NCBI GenBank assembly: GCA_019057475.1
Contig: DXJO01000051.1
Location: forward strand, 1-18,814
Origin: Candidatus Thorarchaeota archaeon
GTDB taxonomy: Archaea > Asgardarchaeota > Thorarchaeia > Thorarchaeales > Thorarchaeaceae
DNA: 18,814 nt
Direction of reading: 5' to 3'
Part shown: positions 15,656-18,814 of the stretch, one piece after another
Layout: every line of letters starts with the position of its first letter
Numbering within the stretch: the stretch's first letter is position 1
Made by a program: the position numbers and the translations under genes
Notes under the pieces: model-generated
Told to the model about the DNA's origin: nothing
Seen by the model: the letters and a program-made list of their open reading frames with translations, nothing else
The model's database searches: none

Positions 15656-18420
15656 TAGACATCGCCCCCGTAGGGTCCAGACTCTGCCCACGATGCATTC
15701 AGCGCTTCAGAAAGGCTCACTCTCGAACTGAGGAATGCGATTGCAAGTACGAATACAAGTATGGATGCCAAAAAGAAGACAACAATCGTTACAAGCGTAA
15801 GCCACGGAATTACTGCAAAGATGGGGACGGGGAATATGTAATTGGTGACTCGATAGGTCAGTAAAGTATTCATTATCATGAGCGGTCCATATCCGATCAA
15901 TAATCCCGTACTGATAATGGCCAAGACAAGCATCTCGGCACCTTGCGCCTTGACCACCTGGCCTGAGCTAGCCCCCATCGCCCGCAGCAATGCAATCTCC
16001 CTTTTCCTGGCTCTGAAGCCTTCTACTGCGTAGACGGTGAATGCACCGAATATGATTCCTACCATAACAACAGTGAGCATCGTATCCACTGCACGGTCCA
16101 TCTGGTAGGCTGTCATACCCAAGTACTCACTTACTTCATTTGACACGGACGCCCAGTCATCATCACCAACTACCAAATCTCCCCCGGAGCGGAGGATGTC
16201 TTCCACTAGGATTGTATCATTTACGCTGTCAATCGTCCTAACGCAGTAAACATTGCGGGCGTCTTGCTCAAGGTCAATTAGAGAAACTACATACTCGCGG
16301 TTGACCCACAAGGTTTCCGCGCCTACAGTTTGAAGCCCCCAATAGTCATGGCTGGTCGATTGCAACAGGTTGTTGGAGAGTCCTTCTGCAACACCTATTA
16401 TCGTAAATACCATGGTTTCTGAAACGTCTGAAATTGAGGTGGCTGCTCGAAGAGTGTCACCAACCGACACCTCATATTCGACTGCGATGTCATTTGAAAT
16501 GATTGCTCCAGCAAGTGTGAGCTGAAGCTCTTTGAGCATATCACCCATGTCTGACTCGTTCAAGGATTGCCCGAACTGATCGTACCCGACCTCCAGATAC
16601 TCTAGAGGGTTCATTGCTACCGCATAGACTCTGCCGCCTGTGGCCGAAAGATATAGTCTGGCCACTGAAACCAAGGTTCCAGTTTGAGTCAGTTCGTGAT
16701 TCGTGACATTCTCAATGAAATCGTTCCAGTCAGGGAGCGCGAACTCGTCCAGTCGGAATGTGACATCAGCCCCAAACGCGAACCTTGCGTGATTCATCTT
16801 GGTTAGCGGTATTGATGCTCCAATAACTGCATTATTCCACGCTAGGCTCATGGCCAAGACAAGCACGAGAGCGGCCGGTCCAGCTGAGGATGCTTCCTTT
16901 CCAATTCTTCTGATACCTACAATTGCGGGAATCTCGCCCACAACTCTTTGGAACGCTCGTGATATGAGATTCGCTCCTCGTCTCATACCTTTGATTGCAA
17001 GGCTAGCAACAGAGAGGAAGAGGGCCAAAGGGGCAACGGACAAGATTATTGCTAGGATTGGATCGTTCTGTACGGCGGTCCCACCCATATAGAGGGCTAC
17101 TAGCAGAAGCGAAGTAAGAGCAGCAACTAGAACATCCCATTTGACTATCGTGAGCCCTTTCACGATATTGGCAAGTTTGCTTGCTTTTTCCTCGTCTGAT
17201 TTCTTAGTGGAATAGACTGAGCGGTAGACTATGAATGTACTGACTGGCAAGCCTGCACCGATGACTAGAGACATCATAATCGACTCGATTGAAATGAGGA
17301 ATGGTTCTGTCCAAAGAAGAGAGAAATCAAACTCGAAGAACCCTGTAGCTGCCATAGCTACTCTGCTGACGACGGCACCTACTCCTAGGCCCACAAACGA
17401 ACTGAGGATTGAGAGTCCCACTGTTTCCCTAAATTCAATGCTTTCAATCTTCGCTTTGGCTGCTCCTCTTGAGATTAACATGTTTGACTCGAATCGTCTC
17501 TCGTTGATGTTGTGCCTGATTGCCAGAAATACCACCATGCCGGCAAGAACCACGACTCCCGCAGCTCTCAGAACCTGCGTCAATCTCATTATGAACTGCC
17601 ATGACATGAAGCCCATTATAGCATTTGAGAGACGCCCACTGACCCAGTATCGTGACCATCGGTTAGGGCTTGGATACGTGGGGTCAAGGGCTCTGATACT
17701 CTCTTCGATGCCTGCGACGTACGCTAAGGATCCTCTTGCATCAAATGGGGTGATACCTATTCTGTCAATATCAACGTGAACCTCGGTTTCTTTCCATTCC
17801 GCCCATACAATGTCAGGGTGTACGACTCCGATGCCAGAAATACTACCATATGGATTGTAGTAGGGTTCATTCGGGTCATAGTCACTACCCACATATACGC
17901 CAACAACTGTGACGGGCTTCCCTACCCGTCCAAACTCACCCCACTCTTCAGTCAGGTTCACAATGGAGCCGATGTCGACCTCAAGATGCTCATAGGTAAA
18001 CCGCGCGAGAGCAATCTCTGATGCATTGTTGGGGAAGCGTCCAACCTCGAGAATGAATACATCCGGAAAGGTGTTCAGATAGTCGCTTGTGGGTGAAAGC
18101 AGCATACCCCACCATTCAAGCAGATCGTAGCCCCCACCAACAAAGAGTACGCCATGTCGATAGTCGATGGCGGCTGCCTTCTCAACTCCTGGTATGCCAC
18201 GTATATTATCGAGCTGATTCGCAACCCCATCTCCGCCAACGGTCATAGCGATGGGCCCGATATCGATGATGCTATTCCATTCATTAACAGAGTAGGAGTC
18301 AACATAAACTGAAATGCCCATGACCATGGCAGATGCCAACAGGAAACACAGTAGCGTTACGGCCTTGCGCGGCAGGCTGTGGAATGCCTGATATCCGACG
18401 GGAACAGCAGCCATCTCCAT
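15655..18420 (-). CDS. FtsX/MacB-like ABC permease (two FtsX repeats)
   Basis: ERRFESNMLISRGA and RKREIALLRAMGAS motifs, FGADV. SD GGAGGA lies upstream and its spacing favours ATG 18414. Confidence 0.92.
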   Translation of the reverse strand: MEMAAVPVGYQAFHSLPRKAVTLLCFLLASAMVMGISVYVDSYSVNEWNSIIDIGPIAMTVGGDGVANQLDNIRGIPGVEKAAAIDYRHGVLFVGGGYDLLEWWGMLLSPTSDYLNTFPDVFILEVGRFPNNASEIALARFTYEHLEVDIGSIVNLTEEWGEFGRVGKPVTVVGVYVGSDYDPNEPYYNPYGSISGIGVVHPDIVWAEWKETEVHVDIDRIGITPFDARGSLAYVAGIEESIRALDPTYPSPNRWSRYWVSGRLSNAIMGFMSWQFIMRLTQVLRAAGVVVLAGMVVFLAIRHNINERRFESNMLISRGAAKAKIESIEFRETVGLSILSSFVGLGVGAVVSRVAMAATGFFEFDFSLLWTEPFLISIESIMMSLVIGAGLPVSTFIVYRSVYSTKKSDEEKASKLANIVKGLTIVKWDVLVAALTSLLLVALYMGGTAVQNDPILAIILSVAPLALFLSVASLAIKGMRRGANLISRAFQRVVGEIPAIVGIRRIGKEASSAGPAALVLVLAMSLAWNNAVIGASIPLTKMNHARFAFGADVTFRLDEFALPDWNDFIENVTNHELTQTGTLVSVARLYLSATGGRVYAVAMNPLEYLEVGYDQFGQSLNESDMGDMLKELQLTLAGAIISNDIAVEYEVSVGDTLRAATSISDVSETMVFTIIGVAEGLSNNLLQSTSHDYWGLQTVGAETLWVNREYVVSLIDLEQDARNVYCVRTIDSVNDTILVEDILRSGGDLVVGDDDWASVSNEVSEYLGMTAYQMDRAVDTMLTVVMVGIIFGAFTVYAVEGFRARKREIALLRAMGASSGQVVKAQGAEMLVLAIISTGLLIGYGPLMIMNTLLTYRVTNYIFPVPIFAVIPWLTLVTIVVFFLASILVFVLAIAFLSSRVSLSEALNASWAESGPYGGDV

Positions 18421-18425
18421 TCCTC

Positions 18426-18814
18426 CTACACGACGCCCTCTACCTGTCCGTCTCGCATCTTGTAGACCTTGTCCATCTGCTTGCCTACATCCGGGTCGTG
18501 GGTCACCACAATCAGCGTGCCGCCCTCGCCCTTCGTCAGGTCTATCAGAATTTTCATGATGTCTTCGCCGGTTTGCTGATCCAGATCTCCCGTTGGCTCA
18601 TCCGCGAGCACAACAACGGAGCTTGCAGCCCCCTCGGGCTTGGCGAGAGCACGGGCAATTGCCACACGTTGCTGTTCTCCTCCTGAGAGCTCGTCCGGTC
18701 TGTGTTCAGCTCTATCTGTGAGACCTACGAGTCCGATAAGATGGTCTACTCGTTCCTTTCTGGCGGTTTCCTCCACTCCTGCGATGAGCAATGGGAGCTC
18801 AACATTCTCATACG
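18426..18814 (-). CDS. ABC ATPase (LolD/MacB type), 5' part outside the window
   Basis: YENVELPLLIAG...LSGGEQQRVAIARALA...VVLADEPTGDLD...IVVTHD; frame is open to the window edge. Confidence 0.95.
   Translation of the reverse strand, partial: YENVELPLLIAGVEETARKERVDHLIGLVGLTDRAEHRPDELSGGEQQRVAIARALAKPEGAASSVVVLADEPTGDLDQQTGEDIMKILIDLTKGEGGTLIVVTHDPDVGKQMDKVYKMRDGQVEGVV

Noticed and set aside
12409-18686. Plus-strand ORFs inside the ABC operon, and similar antisense ORFs elsewhere (5576-6076, 6412-6732, 11525-11854)
   Set aside because: They are antisense shadows of well-supported genes and carry no recognisable motifs.

Overview
Archaeal-type DNA, most likely from an Asgard archaeon such as Thorarchaeota. 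This is an inference from the standalone V4R protein, the NosD-like beta-helix surface protein, the twin large FtsX/MacB-type permeases and TATA-type promoters. Bases ~1-11.6 kb form a patchy accessory region. It holds single-pass or secreted surface proteins, a CE4 polysaccharide deacetylase and many broken genes: an internal thiI fragment, a probably 5'-truncated alkA and several orphan ORF pieces. Bases 11.9-18.8 kb are an intact, translationally coupled minus-strand ABC operon (ATPase, permease, permease, ATPase with a C-terminal AbrB-like domain). The most notable unexplained features are a 57-bp non-coding direct repeat (817-873 and 3815-3871, 51/57 identical) with internal dyad symmetry, an in-frame TGA separating a surface domain from its intact membrane anchor (5485-5487), and gene fragments joined by abrupt junctions. 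I saw no integrase, transposase, tRNA, rRNA or CRISPR array.
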